Positions 33,891-44,237 of a stretch of 64,000 nucleotides of DNA are shown piece by piece. The DNA lies in the NCBI GenBank assembly GCA_963779615.1, contig CAVZZA010000001.1, forward strand, positions 256,001-320,000, in the 5' to 3' direction. Position 1 is the first letter of the stretch. Each line of letters starts with the position of its first letter. Source of the DNA: an uncultured Nitrososphaeraceae archaeon. GTDB taxonomy: Archaea > Thermoproteota > Nitrososphaeria > Nitrososphaerales > Nitrososphaeraceae. A program made the position numbers and the translations under genes. The notes under the pieces are model-generated. The model worked only from the letters and a program-made list of their open reading frames with translations. It did not search any database and had not been told where the DNA came from.

Positions 33891-34989
33891 TTATTTGGTG
33901 GAAATTGGATTTCCTTTAAAGGTTAAAGAATTCAATGTTTGGTTATTTAGTTCAACTACAGAACTAGGTAGCGGAACATATCCCAGTGGTGCTGAAAACT
34001 TTTGACCATCGGTTATAGCCCATGATATGAAATCAACAATAGCTGTTGCCTTTTGCTGATTTATAGTCGGATTTGCGCTTAATTCTTTATACAAGATGAG
34101 GTATGTGAGACTTGAGATAGGGTAAGAATCATGGCCTGGCGCGTTTGTGATTGTTACATTAGTCCACGAATCAGAGCCTTTTGGGAAAGTAGTGGCAGTT
34201 GCATCAACTGCAGCTATAGTGGAATTTATAGTCGGTAGAACAAAATTGCCATCTTTATTTTGAATAGTAGCATAGTTCATTTTTGAAGTTAAAGCATATG
34301 CAAGTTCTACATAACCAATAGAAAATTCTGAGCCTTTAATTGAAGCCGATACTCCCTCGTTACCTGGGGCACCTATGCCGTTTGGCCATGGTACTGATTT
34401 TGAAGTTCCCATCTTTTCAGACCATTCGGGGCTTACTTTAGATAGATAATCTGTAAACACAAATGTTGTACCAGAACCGTCAGAGCGATGAACTGTGTTT
34501 ATAGATTGTGAAGGCAAAGTAAGAGTTGGGTTTAACGCTTTAATTTTAGGATCATCCCATTTAGCGATTTTTCCTAAAAATATATCTGCAATTACAGGGC
34601 CTGATAATTTAAGGGAATTATCAGGAACTCCAGGCAAATTATATGATAGCACAACAGATCCAATGGTTTCTGGAATATGGACAGGGTTCACTGCTTTAGC
34701 AAATTCTGATTTGCTCAGAGGAGCATCTGTTGCCCCAAAATCAACAGTTTTTTCTAAAAATTGTTTAATTCCGCCTCCACTGCCAATAGATGCATAATTA
34801 ATATTTACATCAGGATTAACTTTTTTTGTACTCTACTCTCCATGTGTCTATTAAAGGAAATGGAAAAGTAGCTCCTGCACCATTAAGTGTTACTTGTTGT
34901 GCATTGACTGAATTAATCACAAGGGGCATTAACAACGCCGCCGTTAACAATGCCACACCGATCTTTTTAAAATTAGATATATTTGTCAT
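33891..34989 (-). pseudogene. pstS: PstS phosphate-binding protein split by a +1 frameshift in an A7 run
   Basis: ATG 34989: signal peptide + LNGAGATFPFP...EYKK; run at 34821-27; with A6 it continues VNPDVNINYASIGSGGGIKQF...RSDGSGTT. Confidence 0.9.
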
Positions 34990-35601
34990 TAAAAGTATTA
35001 TATTATTTACTTATAAATCAATTATCTATATGATTACCATAAACTATATGCATCTAGTTAATTAAACACCAACACTTAAAGAATAATAGATTAAATGCAT
35101 ATTGTTTATCTACCTTAAATCTTAATTTTTGTCGATACAAAATTTACGTCTACGGTAGGGCATAATTTGGATAAATAACAAATGACATTAAAATTTAAAT
35201 ACCATTATAAAAAAATCACAAATCAATGTCATAACTATAACGTTATTTTAAAGGCCTATCATATACAAATCATTATCTAATGCACCCATGAATGCCTTGT
35301 CATAACACACTTCAACATTTTCTATTTAAACTGTCTCATTATTATTTGCTATCCTGGTAACACAATTGATCTCTTGTTAATACATAAGATGTATCAATAA
35401 GGGCAAGTTGAATTGGACTGCCTTGGATTTTAAAAAAGCAAATATGGTTATTGAGGTCTTTTTATTTATATACATATATTTATTCCCCTCCTCATTGTTA
35501 TGTTCATGGAAAATCCACCATCTAGCAGTGAATTTAGTAAGGCTCCTGCTAATATAATGAAAAACTGATGAGGGTTAATTGGTTTTATGGTCTATTTCAT
35601 T

Positions 35602-37041
35602 TTATGTGTTTGGTATTTTCATCAATAGTAACTGACCCCCTTCGTTTAAAGTGTGTGCCTGAACATCTAACATCCAGGTCCCTTCACCAAAAAACTCTGA
35701 AGCATCGAAAATACCGCTTGACTCCCATTCACCATGGTCTGCATTTTGATCTTCGTATTGATTAACATAGCCTATAGTTTTAAATTCATTGGTTTTTAAA
35801 TCCAGATTAATTATTTTCGCATTATTTATAACGTTGTAAGGACTTGTGGGTTTGTAACGATTATAATCATTATGATCTTCTTGAATCATTATGCTGTTTA
35901 AACTTGTATCAACATTATCCGGGTTTATCATCATGTCATGGCCAGGGGCTCGGGGGTCATCCCCATCTGCGAAAACTTTAATCGTCGCCTTGGTTGGGTC
36001 AATAGGGTCATTAAATGTAAATTGATATATTCTGCCATTTGTGAAGTTTTGTCCATTGACTGACGAAGGCGAAATTTTTTGATCATCTTCGTCCACATCA
36101 CTACCAGTTTCTACCATGTAAACGATATTGTTAAACCCATTTCGTTTGTCTGTTGCTCCATCTTCAGGTCGAATAAATTGAAATCCACCCTTATCTATTG
36201 CTTCATTATCCAATTCAGTTTCATTTTGAGTCATGTAATTCCATTCAAGAGGAATAAATTTTCCATTGACTGTTCCGTTACCGTAGTACAGGTTATTCCA
36301 TGATGATTGAGTATTGGATGTAGAGTTGTTTTCTATACCAAATACGTATAGGTTTCCTTTACCATTTAATAAATCATTAGGTGAATTTGCCATATACATA
36401 TAAAGTTCAGATTCCGTGGGATCACCATCTTCGAATGCAAGCATTACTGTTTTGTTTGCAGTGGAGAAATATGGGATATGGATAGTGTTTTCATGAGAAA
36501 ACTTTCCTAACCAGGGTAATTCTTTTACGGTGTTGTTTGTTGCATCTATTGATACAACAAGACCATCATTTGTTTCCTCGTTGGTAAAATACATTGGGTG
36601 AATAAAACCATAACCCTTTGCTAAATAACTAGAACAAAGAGCTTCATATCTTTCTGAGCCATTAATAACCAATCCTGCATCAATTATTGACGGGTTAGAT
36701 TGGTTTAGTGTGAGTTTTGAAACCTTTGCAAACCCATCTTGTCCTGTTTCGTTTTCAAGCTCATGATTAACAAATAAATCCATTTTTCCTTTTTCAGTTT
36801 GGAATGCACCTATACCATCTGGATTTTGAGGAAAATTGAACCCAGTAGTGAGATTATCGTTTGTGGTAATTAATGCATTTATTGTACTATTATATGGAAC
36901 ACTTGATGCCAATGTTACATAGTTTTTTTTTGAAGTTTTAAAAGAGTCGCTATATGCATTTTCGTAAGCAAATAAATTGCATGGAATTAACAACAACGAA
37001 ACTGTTGTTACCACCATCATAATACCGTTAATTAGGTTCAT
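35602..37041 (-). CDS. Secreted PhoX/DUF839-like alkaline phosphatase
   Basis: Signal peptide; PDG, VNHE, LGKFSHEN, RPED, NPDN, IQED, ESSG, DVQAH. Confidence 0.8.
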   Translation of the reverse strand: MNLINGIMMVVTTVSLLLIPCNLFAYENAYSDSFKTSKKNYVTLASSVPYNSTINALITTNDNLTTGFNFPQNPDGIGAFQTEKGKMDLFVNHELENETGQDGFAKVSKLTLNQSNPSIIDAGLVINGSERYEALCSSYLAKGYGFIHPMYFTNEETNDGLVVSIDATNNTVKELPWLGKFSHENTIHIPYFSTANKTVMLAFEDGDPTESELYMYMANSPNDLLNGKGNLYVFGIENNSTSNTQSSWNNLYYGNGTVNGKFIPLEWNYMTQNETELDNEAIDKGGFQFIRPEDGATDKRNGFNNIVYMVETGSDVDEDDQKISPSSVNGQNFTNGRIYQFTFNDPIDPTKATIKVFADGDDPRAPGHDMMINPDNVDTSLNSIMIQEDHNDYNRYKPTSPYNVINNAKIINLDLKTNEFKTIGYVNQYEDQNADHGEWESSGIFDASEFFGEGTWMLDVQAHTLNEGGQLLLMKIPNT

Positions 37042-37143
37042 CTAATTATAATAAATTTGATCAGATTTTATTCTTTATCATCATATATTTAGTGCATCTA
37101 TAATCTACTATGTTATCTATATGCACATCTTTTTTATCCATGT

Positions 37144-37290
37144 GAGCCCGGGTCATAATTCATAACTAATAAAGCTAGCCTAGAGGAGTATCATATTTTG
37201 GTGAAACAAACTACAATACAAAAGAATAGCAACAAATTGTTCATCATCCATTCTAATTGGCATTTTGCATACCATAGGGTTGATTGACTG
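37144..37290 (+). mobile_element. Left-end fragment of the IS type at 20371
   Basis: GAGCCCGGGTCATAATTCATAAC...CATACCATAGGGTTGATTGA near-identical to 20371-20515. Confidence 0.88.
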
Positions 37291-37309
37291 CCAAGCAGGG
37301 ATAATCAGG

Positions 37310-37720
37310 CTAAAAGTCATTGTCGCCGCCGCCGTCCTGAAACAGCGGAAGCGCCTTTTGCACGGTGAAAAGAAGCCCTTTGGCGTTGATGCCGAATGCC
37401 TTGTCGAAGTGGTCTTCAGAGGTTTCCCCCAGGGGGGTCCAATTCCCCAATGCCGGCGTTGGCGAACAGAATGTCTATGTGGCCCTTCTGTCCCTCCTTC
37501 ACAGTGGCATACAGCATGTCAAGGTCCGCATGGTTTGAGACGTCCCCCTGTACACCGGCGATGCTTTTGCCTATTCGCCTGACTGCCGAATCGAGTTCGC
37601 TTTGGCGGCGACCGGTGATGAACACATATGCGCATCTTCTACAAACCGCTTGGCCGTGGCAAGGCCAATGCCGCTGGTTCCGCCCGTTATGACCTCAACT
37701 TTTCCTTCCGGCCTTTTCAG
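37310..37720 (-). pseudogene. SDR oxidoreductase pseudogene (GC-rich)
   Basis: [46 protein letters not shown] across frameshifts; 3' end cut at the IS fragment. Confidence 0.8.
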
Positions 37721-37916
37721 GGTATTCTAATCGTAACGGTAGACTTTAAGTTTGCAAAGGCGGAGAAAGAGACGTTTGGTCCCTACGTTTACTAGATTTG
37801 CGGTTATATGAGACGCCGGCTAATTTCCTTTCCAACGGCAATGGCTGATTGGTTTGCTGCATTTGGATAATGGCCAAAACGAGAACCCATATCTGACATA
37901 TGGGGCATATAGTGTC

Positions 37917-38270
37917 ATGTCAAGGACAGATTTCTACCAGAAACTGGATCAGGCAAACGAGATAACACTCAGCGTTAAAGGCAGAAAATCGGGTGGAGAC
38001 ATTCCCAGGCTGGTGTGGTTTGTGCATGAGAGTGACACTCTGTATTTGCTTCCGGTTCAGGGCTCTGACACCAACTGGTACAAGAACATGCTGGCTGACC
38101 CAACGTTGAAGGTTTCCGTGTATGGTGTTGAAATAGCTGCTGAGGGCAAACCAATGACAGGCCGCAATGGTGTTGACGAGGTCGTGAGAAGATTCAGGTC
38201 CAAATACGGCGAAGAAGACGTCAAAAAGTATTATGCTAAACTTGATGTAGCAGTACAGGTTCCGCTATGA
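37917..38270 (+). CDS. Split-barrel flavin/deazaflavin-binding protein (DUF385/DUF2255-like)
   Basis: GRKSG...VWFV...TNWYKNMLADP...FRSKYG. Confidence 0.72.
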   Translation: MSRTDFYQKLDQANEITLSVKGRKSGGDIPRLVWFVHESDTLYLLPVQGSDTNWYKNMLADPTLKVSVYGVEIAAEGKPMTGRNGVDEVVRRFRSKYGEEDVKKYYAKLDVAVQVPL

Positions 38271-38833
38271 CCGCTACTGCCAAAAAAAGAAGCAGAGGAG
38301 CGTTGACCGGTCTAGTAGTGAGTATGAGTAGAGACACTTGAAGTGGTGCCAAGTAGAAAAGCGGTGAACCCGGTTCTTGGAGTCTGCTGTCAACGGAAAA
38401 CCAGTAACTATAGGGTCTTCTGATAAGCCCGCTCATAGTACCCAAACCCTTTATCATCAAGTATATCGATTGTGGGCTGGCCAGGGGTTTATCCATGGAA
38501 TCGAAATAAGATCGCCCTTCATGTGCTTTCTGTGTGTTACACATGAATTGGGTCTGCTAGAGATTGCAGCAGAGCCTATGACTTAATGGAGGGTGGCAAG
38601 GTATTATTCCAGGTTGTTGACAACAGAGCATAGTTAGGAATAATGCAAAAATATTTTTCGATAGTGACTTGCCATGCAAAAACTGGCAATATTCAATTAC
38701 ATCGACGGCGCCGCGTAAGGCGGCGCCAAGGTCTTTAGCCAGATATAGGCTAGGCACAAGGTCCTCCCAATGCAGAGTATTTATCTTCTACTGTTGAGTA
38801 ATCAGTGCTCCAATACTACCACACACCTTCCTA

Positions 38834-39679
38834 TTAGGTCACCGTTTGCTTTCCTTTGGTTGCATTGAGGATGAAATCGGCAATCTCATTTGGATGAGAT
38901 ACATATGATGAGTGGCTAGCATTGAGCGACAGAGTGGTGGCATTCATTTTTTCTGCGAAGGTGTGCTGGACGTCTGGAGGAATCATTTTATCAGATTCGG
39001 AAATTTGATACCATGTTGGTAATTGTTTCCATGCTGGAGGGCCGGAATTTGCAGCAAAGTTCGATTGATTGAAGGGTTTTTGTACAGTTGCCATAATGTC
39101 AGCCTCAGCAGGATCAACATCTTGGGCAAAATTTTCTCTGAATATTTCAGGGTTTAGGTAAATAAAGCCCCCACTGTCAGGCATGAAGAGTTCTTTCGGG
39201 AAGTTTGCCGGGTTGACGAAGGTAGACAGTGATTGTCCCTCATCTGGGGCAAAAGCAGCAATATAGACAAGCCCCGTAACGTTGGGATTATTGTAGCCAG
39301 CATTCGTGATTACTGCCCCACCATATGAATGACCTACAAGGGTTGCTGGTCCGCCAATGTGTTGAACTGCACGCTTAACTGTTTCAACGTCGTCTGACAA
39401 AGAGTGGAGAGGAAGTTGTACAGCGACTACCTTATGTCCTTCATCCTTTAGCATAGGAATTAGTTTGCTCCATCCAGACCCATCAGCCCACGCTCCATGG
39501 ACGAGAACAATATTTGTCGAGTTTGTTGTCATATTTTGTACTCCTTGGGGTTGCATTAAGGCATTGTTGTCTGTACTTGCGAATCCAGAATTAGTAGAAG
39601 TTGATTCAAAACTTACAAAAAATACTAAAGATATCGATAAAATTAATAATATTTTTATATTATTTATGTAATGTATCAT
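38834..39679 (-). CDS. Secreted alpha/beta hydrolase
   Basis: Signal peptide; VLVHGAWADGS, GHSYGG, ASH. Confidence 0.9.
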   Translation of the reverse strand: MIHYINNIKILLILSISLVFFVSFESTSTNSGFASTDNNALMQPQGVQNMTTNSTNIVLVHGAWADGSGWSKLIPMLKDEGHKVVAVQLPLHSLSDDVETVKRAVQHIGGPATLVGHSYGGAVITNAGYNNPNVTGLVYIAAFAPDEGQSLSTFVNPANFPKELFMPDSGGFIYLNPEIFRENFAQDVDPAEADIMATVQKPFNQSNFAANSGPPAWKQLPTWYQISESDKMIPPDVQHTFAEKMNATTLSLNASHSSYVSHPNEIADFILNATKGKQTVT

Positions 39680-40130
39680 GCAAGTAACGTCAAATTATCC
39701 AGTATATAAGAATGATGAAAAGGATAACACACTAGTAGCGTGTGGTAACATTATGGAGTGAAATAGTGAAAGCATTAGCAGAATTGATTCACAAGACACT
39801 ATGAGACATCAAATAGGACAATACTCAGCAGCCCATCTACAACACACTAAAGTGTCAACATTCTCTTTCTCTTTTCCTCCATCTCTTCTTCAAGTTTTAG
39901 CTTCTGCGAATGCATACACCATATGTGATTATTGTTTAAAGGTCTTATAGTCTCTAATACTAATGTTATAATAAAGTGTAATATGGACAAACCCCGCATT
40001 AGAGCAAACCCGTGCATCAACAAAAATCAGGATGATGTTTTTGTCTCACTGGCAGTCACCTACCACTATCATATACCTTGCGGATAAAAGAGTTATTGAA
40101 GGCACCAAACTAGCACTCCTATTTAGATAC

Positions 40131-40173
40131 CATTCATTTTTGAATCACATCCCACCGGGCCCGCTTCAATAAT
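40131..40173 (+). repeat. 43-bp direct repeat copy 1, tRNA-3'-end-like att site
   Basis: CATTCATTTTTGAATCACATCCCACCGGGCCCGCTTCAATAAT; 39/43 identical to 42909-42951. Confidence 0.85.
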
Positions 40174-40213
40174 TAACGCTTTTTTCGGCCCAAGTTTAGT
40201 GTATTTATCCTAA

Positions 40214-40450
40214 ATGACAGTAGAGCTAAAAAACCACCGAGAACAAGTTTTCAATGTACCGTATAATCGGTTTTTGTAGGCATTAAAGTACATGAATCCC
40301 AAAGGCAATATCCAAAGCGACTAGAGGTTTTTCTTAACTTTGTAAAGATAGAAGGCTCAACCTTAGAGGAAAAACTCTTAGCCTGTATAATAAATCCAAA
40401 TCAAATACAGAATGGCTGCAGGATTCTTTAACCAACTTTATTGCTTTCAA
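40214..40450 (+). pseudogene. N-terminal remnant of a tyrosine integrase
   Basis: YNRFL*ALK..ESQRQYPKRLEVFLNFVKIEG...EWLQDSLTNFIAFQ resembles thaumarchaeal integrase N-termini; 40 bp from the att-like repeat. Confidence 0.6.
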
Positions 40451-40476
40451 TGTTTTCCAGTTTTTCAACAACGCCT

Positions 40477-42240
40477 TTACCCTGGACTCTTAAATGCAGC
40501 CTTGGGAAAGCCAATCTTTATTGGATGCCTAAAAGATGAGTGAATCATGACCAATTCCCCCCTGTTTAACCTGACGATGTTGTTTTTTGTGCTTTCATCC
40601 AGGTTTGAATATGGCTCTGTGGATAACTCAGATATTCCTAATTTCCCTGTTATGTGTAATCCAGTATTTTCCTGTAACTTGTAGTCGGTAGCGCTTTTGA
40701 ACTGCTGCGCAGAAAACAGAATTGTCCCTCTGGATCTTCCCGCAATTATGGTTCTCATGATCTGATCTGAAACTGCACTTTTTCCAAAAGGGGATTTGGG
40801 TATGTATCTGTTAATCTCGTCAATAAACACAAAAATATATGGAGGCTTTTCTTTGTTTTTGATCCTGTCGCCTGTATCGCCATTTGCGCTGTCATTAGGG
40901 GAATCAAACGGGCTTGAAGAGTACAATTCATCGATGCTTTTCATCACATCCCCGACAACAAACGCTTGTTCCTCCACAGAAGATATTGTCGCCACATCTA
41001 TCACAAAGACCTGGCCTGATTTGATTTTCCTTATTTCCCCGCCAAGGTAAGTGCTTGTCACTTTTTTGTCAATGAACATTGGGGACCTCCTCATTCTTTG
41101 TAGTTGACCTAAAAAGTGCAACAGGGAGGATTTGTGTGAGACTATCGATTCGGGATATCCACTAAATTCATACAAGTCAGTCCATGTTCTTATCTCCTTT
41201 CCAGTGTTTTCCCTTAGTGGCCAGGATTCATAGATGTAATCTATGATTGATGAGAGGTTAAAACGGGTGTCATATGCCTCATAGAATAGCAATTCAAGCC
41301 TATCGTAAACATCCTGCAACTCATAGGAGTATGTTTTGAAATTTTTTGGTATGTGCATAGAATTGGGCCTGCCATCTTTGCCTCTTGGCAAAAAATAAAC
41401 TACATTCTCAAAAGGCTCCAACTCCAAATCAAGGATGTTAAATAAATCTTCTGTTCTCTCCTTGATGTCTGTTGGTTTTTGGTCTATGTGTAGCAGATCC
41501 TGTTCCTTGGTGTTGAAAATGACCAGTGCTATGTTCTCCTTCTTCTTTTCAAAAAGTGTTTGATAAGCCGATTGCAATAGAAACAAAATGTAATTGCTTT
41601 TCCTATTTCCTGAAATCCCTGAAGCATTTACGTGTGCTGTATCGGGACCAGCCAAATAAGTCAATGCTAATGAAATGGGAACCTGCAAGCCATTTGTTGT
41701 TTCTATAACCCCTGCAGGAATCGGGTCTACCATTTCTGGAATTCCTAGAGCGAAAATAATCTCATCTTCTGTGGCAAATCTAACGGGTTTGCCTATGCCT
41801 ACTGGAAAGTTTATAGAAATAGCCTCCTTACGGCCTTCCACTTTTGCCCCAGTGTTTGCCATTATCCCCACTTTTGCCAATACCGACCCTTTTGGGGAAT
41901 CGCTGCATAATATTTGTTCTTGTTTTTCTGGGTCCTTTTGGCAATCCGTAACATAATCAGCATAAACATTTTCTGCAACTGCCTGCAACTCCTTTACAAT
42001 CCCGATTGTTTTGCTGTTGTGCAAATTGTCAACTGTAACAAAATCAAAAGAGTTTACCATTGTGTTGGGCTTAACGGCAAACCAGAAGCCATCCATGTTG
42101 TTGAGGAATCTTTTTGATGCTATGGTTTTTCCAACATCCTCAGGTGAGCTTGAATCCGTCGAAATCTTTTCGTCATTCAGATTTGCTGGTGTTGACCTGA
42201 TTAAATGAGCAACCTCATCTTTCTGGTACTTTAAACTCAT
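40477..42240 (-). CDS. HerA-family ATPase with atypical P-loop
   Basis: HAS-barrel-like N-terminus; HVNASGISGNRKS, VIFNTK, FIDEINRY, GRSRG..LFSAQQF. Confidence 0.78.
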   Translation of the reverse strand: MSLKYQKDEVAHLIRSTPANLNDEKISTDSSSPEDVGKTIASKRFLNNMDGFWFAVKPNTMVNSFDFVTVDNLHNSKTIGIVKELQAVAENVYADYVTDCQKDPEKQEQILCSDSPKGSVLAKVGIMANTGAKVEGRKEAISINFPVGIGKPVRFATEDEIIFALGIPEMVDPIPAGVIETTNGLQVPISLALTYLAGPDTAHVNASGISGNRKSNYILFLLQSAYQTLFEKKKENIALVIFNTKEQDLLHIDQKPTDIKERTEDLFNILDLELEPFENVVYFLPRGKDGRPNSMHIPKNFKTYSYELQDVYDRLELLFYEAYDTRFNLSSIIDYIYESWPLRENTGKEIRTWTDLYEFSGYPESIVSHKSSLLHFLGQLQRMRRSPMFIDKKVTSTYLGGEIRKIKSGQVFVIDVATISSVEEQAFVVGDVMKSIDELYSSSPFDSPNDSANGDTGDRIKNKEKPPYIFVFIDEINRYIPKSPFGKSAVSDQIMRTIIAGRSRGTILFSAQQFKSATDYKLQENTGLHITGKLGISELSTEPYSNLDESTKNNIVRLNRGELVMIHSSFRHPIKIGFPKAAFKSPG

Positions 42241-42269
42241 TGTTTATACTTAATGAGAGAAATTTATTA

Positions 42270-42309
42270 ATATAGATTACATATAGAAAGAATATAGAAT
42301 AAACATAAA
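42270..42309 (-). promoter_or_regulatory. 11-bp-periodic ATATAGA array (candidate Pho box) upstream of the HerA-like gene
   Basis: ATATAGA at 42270, 42281, 42292 and degenerate ACATAAA at 42303, abutting TATA-like 42263-70. Confidence 0.6.
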
Positions 42310-42318
42310 GTAAGTTAA

Positions 42319-42480
42319 CTATATAGGAGAAAAATATTGTGTGGAAACTGGTTTTCCGCTAAGGGCCAGGGAATTCAATGTATGTTTGTCTAGGTCTACC
42401 ACGGAGGAGGGTAATGGAACATATCCCAATGGTTTTGAATACTTTTGTCCATCGGTGATAGCCCAAGTTATAAAATCAAC
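42319..42480 (-). pseudogene. pstS: 3' remnant of a second pstS
   Basis: VDFITWAITDGQKYSKPLGYVPLPSSVVDLDKHTLNSL versus VDFISWAITDGQKFSAPLGYVPLPSSVVELNNQTLNSL in pstS at 33891. Confidence 0.88.
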
Positions 42481-42908
42481 ATCATTATCCACCGACATTT
42501 ACACTGCAATAATTATAATGGTGGCGTTAATCAAGATAATAACCTATTTGGCTTCAGAATATGTATCAAAAAGAACCACCTGTAACCAATTAGATGATTA
42601 AATGCCATATTCTTGTCGGCCAAAGTTGTCATGTCCATCATTACGAACTTCTCCTAACTTCTGTTGAAATGGCAATAATTATTCAGTTGGCAGTTAGCTT
42701 GACCGGCAAATGCAAGAAATACCGTAATGTGGATTGCAAACTTCGTGTTAACGTGGATGTTGACTTTGTAAAATATTGCCGGTAAGTGATTTTATGGTAA
42801 TGTAGTTGCGATGAGCTTCAACAATAACCTAGTCAAGTTCTTTTTTAGATGTTAAATAGAAGATGTCTTATAACATTTATTTAAATACAGTAAACCTAGT
42901 TTAGGTTT

Positions 42909-42951
42909 CATTCACTTTTGAGACACATCCCACCGGGCCCGCTTAAATAAT
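42909..42951 (+). repeat. 43-bp direct repeat copy 2, tRNA-3'-end-like att site
   Basis: CATTCACTTTTGAGACACATCCCACCGGGCCCGCTTAAATAAT; 21-bp core identical to copy 1. Confidence 0.85.
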
Positions 42952-42978
42952 GAAAAATGATTAGTTAAATACAATTAT

Positions 42979-43683
42979 TTATAGACTATATTTTTTCCTA
43001 AATGTTGAGGCGATGATGGACGTTCCCATAAAGGTGGCGGTCCAATACAGCCATAGGTTTTCCACCATTCCCCCCGACAACAAAGCAGGGGCCAAGGACC
43101 TGGCAGGGTTCATTGATGCTCCGGATATAAATGCCAAAAAGAATATGTCCAAGCCAACGATTCCAGCAATAACAATACCGCCAAAACCTCTCAAGCCCTT
43201 TGTATATACCACCACCAAGATTACAGCCATCAATAAAGCAGAAGCCAATACCTCCACCCCAAATATCAAAGGCAAAGGATACGCATAGTTCGGTGAGTTG
43301 GCCCCCAGAAAAGCCTCATTCCCTATGGCATACTTTACAAACAAGCTTGCCAATAGCGCCCCTATTATCTCTGCAGATATGTAAAGCAGCAACTGCCTTT
43401 TTGTTATGTGCTTTGTAATCAGGAAACCCAAGGTCACGGCAGGGTTAAAATGCGCCATGGAGATTTTGCCAAACAGGTATACGCCTATCGCTACTCCAAC
43501 AAATGGCGCAAATGCAATAAAGGGAATTCCCAATACCCCGTTCATTTTGGCGTCAATAACTACAGAGCCAGTGGCCAATACCACGACAATAAAAGTTCCA
43601 ATTACCTCAGCAATAAACTTCTTTTGGCTTGAGGACAGGTTATCCCTCAATGTTGTGACCAGGCTATTTGTTGCGTTTTTCAC
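42979..43683 (-). CDS. MIP/aquaporin family channel (probable arsenite channel)
   Basis: HFNPAVT and SMNPARS NPA motifs; downstream of arsC. Confidence 0.9.
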   Translation of the reverse strand: MKNATNSLVTTLRDNLSSSQKKFIAEVIGTFIVVVLATGSVVIDAKMNGVLGIPFIAFAPFVGVAIGVYLFGKISMAHFNPAVTLGFLITKHITKRQLLLYISAEIIGALLASLFVKYAIGNEAFLGANSPNYAYPLPLIFGVEVLASALLMAVILVVVYTKGLRGFGGIVIAGIVGLDIFFLAFISGASMNPARSLAPALLSGGMVENLWLYWTATFMGTSIIASTFRKKYSL

Positions 43684-43753
43684 CGTCTTCTCTTCTCTTC
43701 TGTTAGTTTACAACCTGATTTTCCATGACAACATATAAAATATTGTGTAAGCT

Positions 43754-44209
43754 TTAGTTTTCCTTCTCATCTTTGCCAATTTGTTCTACTGCTTCCTTTA
43801 TTCTCCTCTTGATTTCATCCCTTATCTCCCTTACCTTTTCTATGGGCTTGTCCTTAGGGTCCTCAATTCCCCAGTCCACAACTTTAGGGACAAATAAAGT
43901 AGGGCAGAAATCTTTATCCATGCATCCCATGTTGATTATTTTTGTTGCGTTTCTTATCATGTCTTCGGTAAGCTCCTTTGGTTTTTGGCTGCGGATATCT
44001 ATACCAATTTCTTTCATCACGTCTACAGCAACGGGATTGATTTGGGATTTATGGCGTGTCCCGGCGCTTATTGGTTCATAATCGTCGGTACCATACTTTC
44101 TAAAAAAGCCCTCTGCCATTTGGCTGCGCCCTGCATTCTCTACACACACAAAGAGTATCATCTTTTTTGTTTTGTTTTCAGCATATTTACTTTTGAATGA
44201 GAGCTTCAT
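43754..44209 (-). CDS. arsC: Arsenate reductase (LMW-PTP type)
   Basis: FVCVENAGRSQMAE, MGC..D.CP, WGIEDP. Confidence 0.9.
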   Translation of the reverse strand: MKLSFKSKYAENKTKKMILFVCVENAGRSQMAEGFFRKYGTDDYEPISAGTRHKSQINPVAVDVMKEIGIDIRSQKPKELTEDMIRNATKIINMGCMDKDFCPTLFVPKVVDWGIEDPKDKPIEKVREIRDEIKRRIKEAVEQIGKDEKEN

Positions 44210-44237
44210 TTTTCAATGCCATCTTGTTTTTTTATTG

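Noticed and set aside
37265-37692. + strand ORFs of 105 and 98 aa
   Set aside because: Antisense to the SDR pseudogene or read-through from the IS fragment
40146-40166. tRNA gene (also at 42924)
   Set aside because: Only the 3' ~15 nt are tRNA-like; no D-arm, anticodon arm or 5' acceptor strand upstream
40131-42951. CRISPR array
   Set aside because: Only two repeats 2.8 kb apart; no regularly spaced repeats or cas genes were seen in the window
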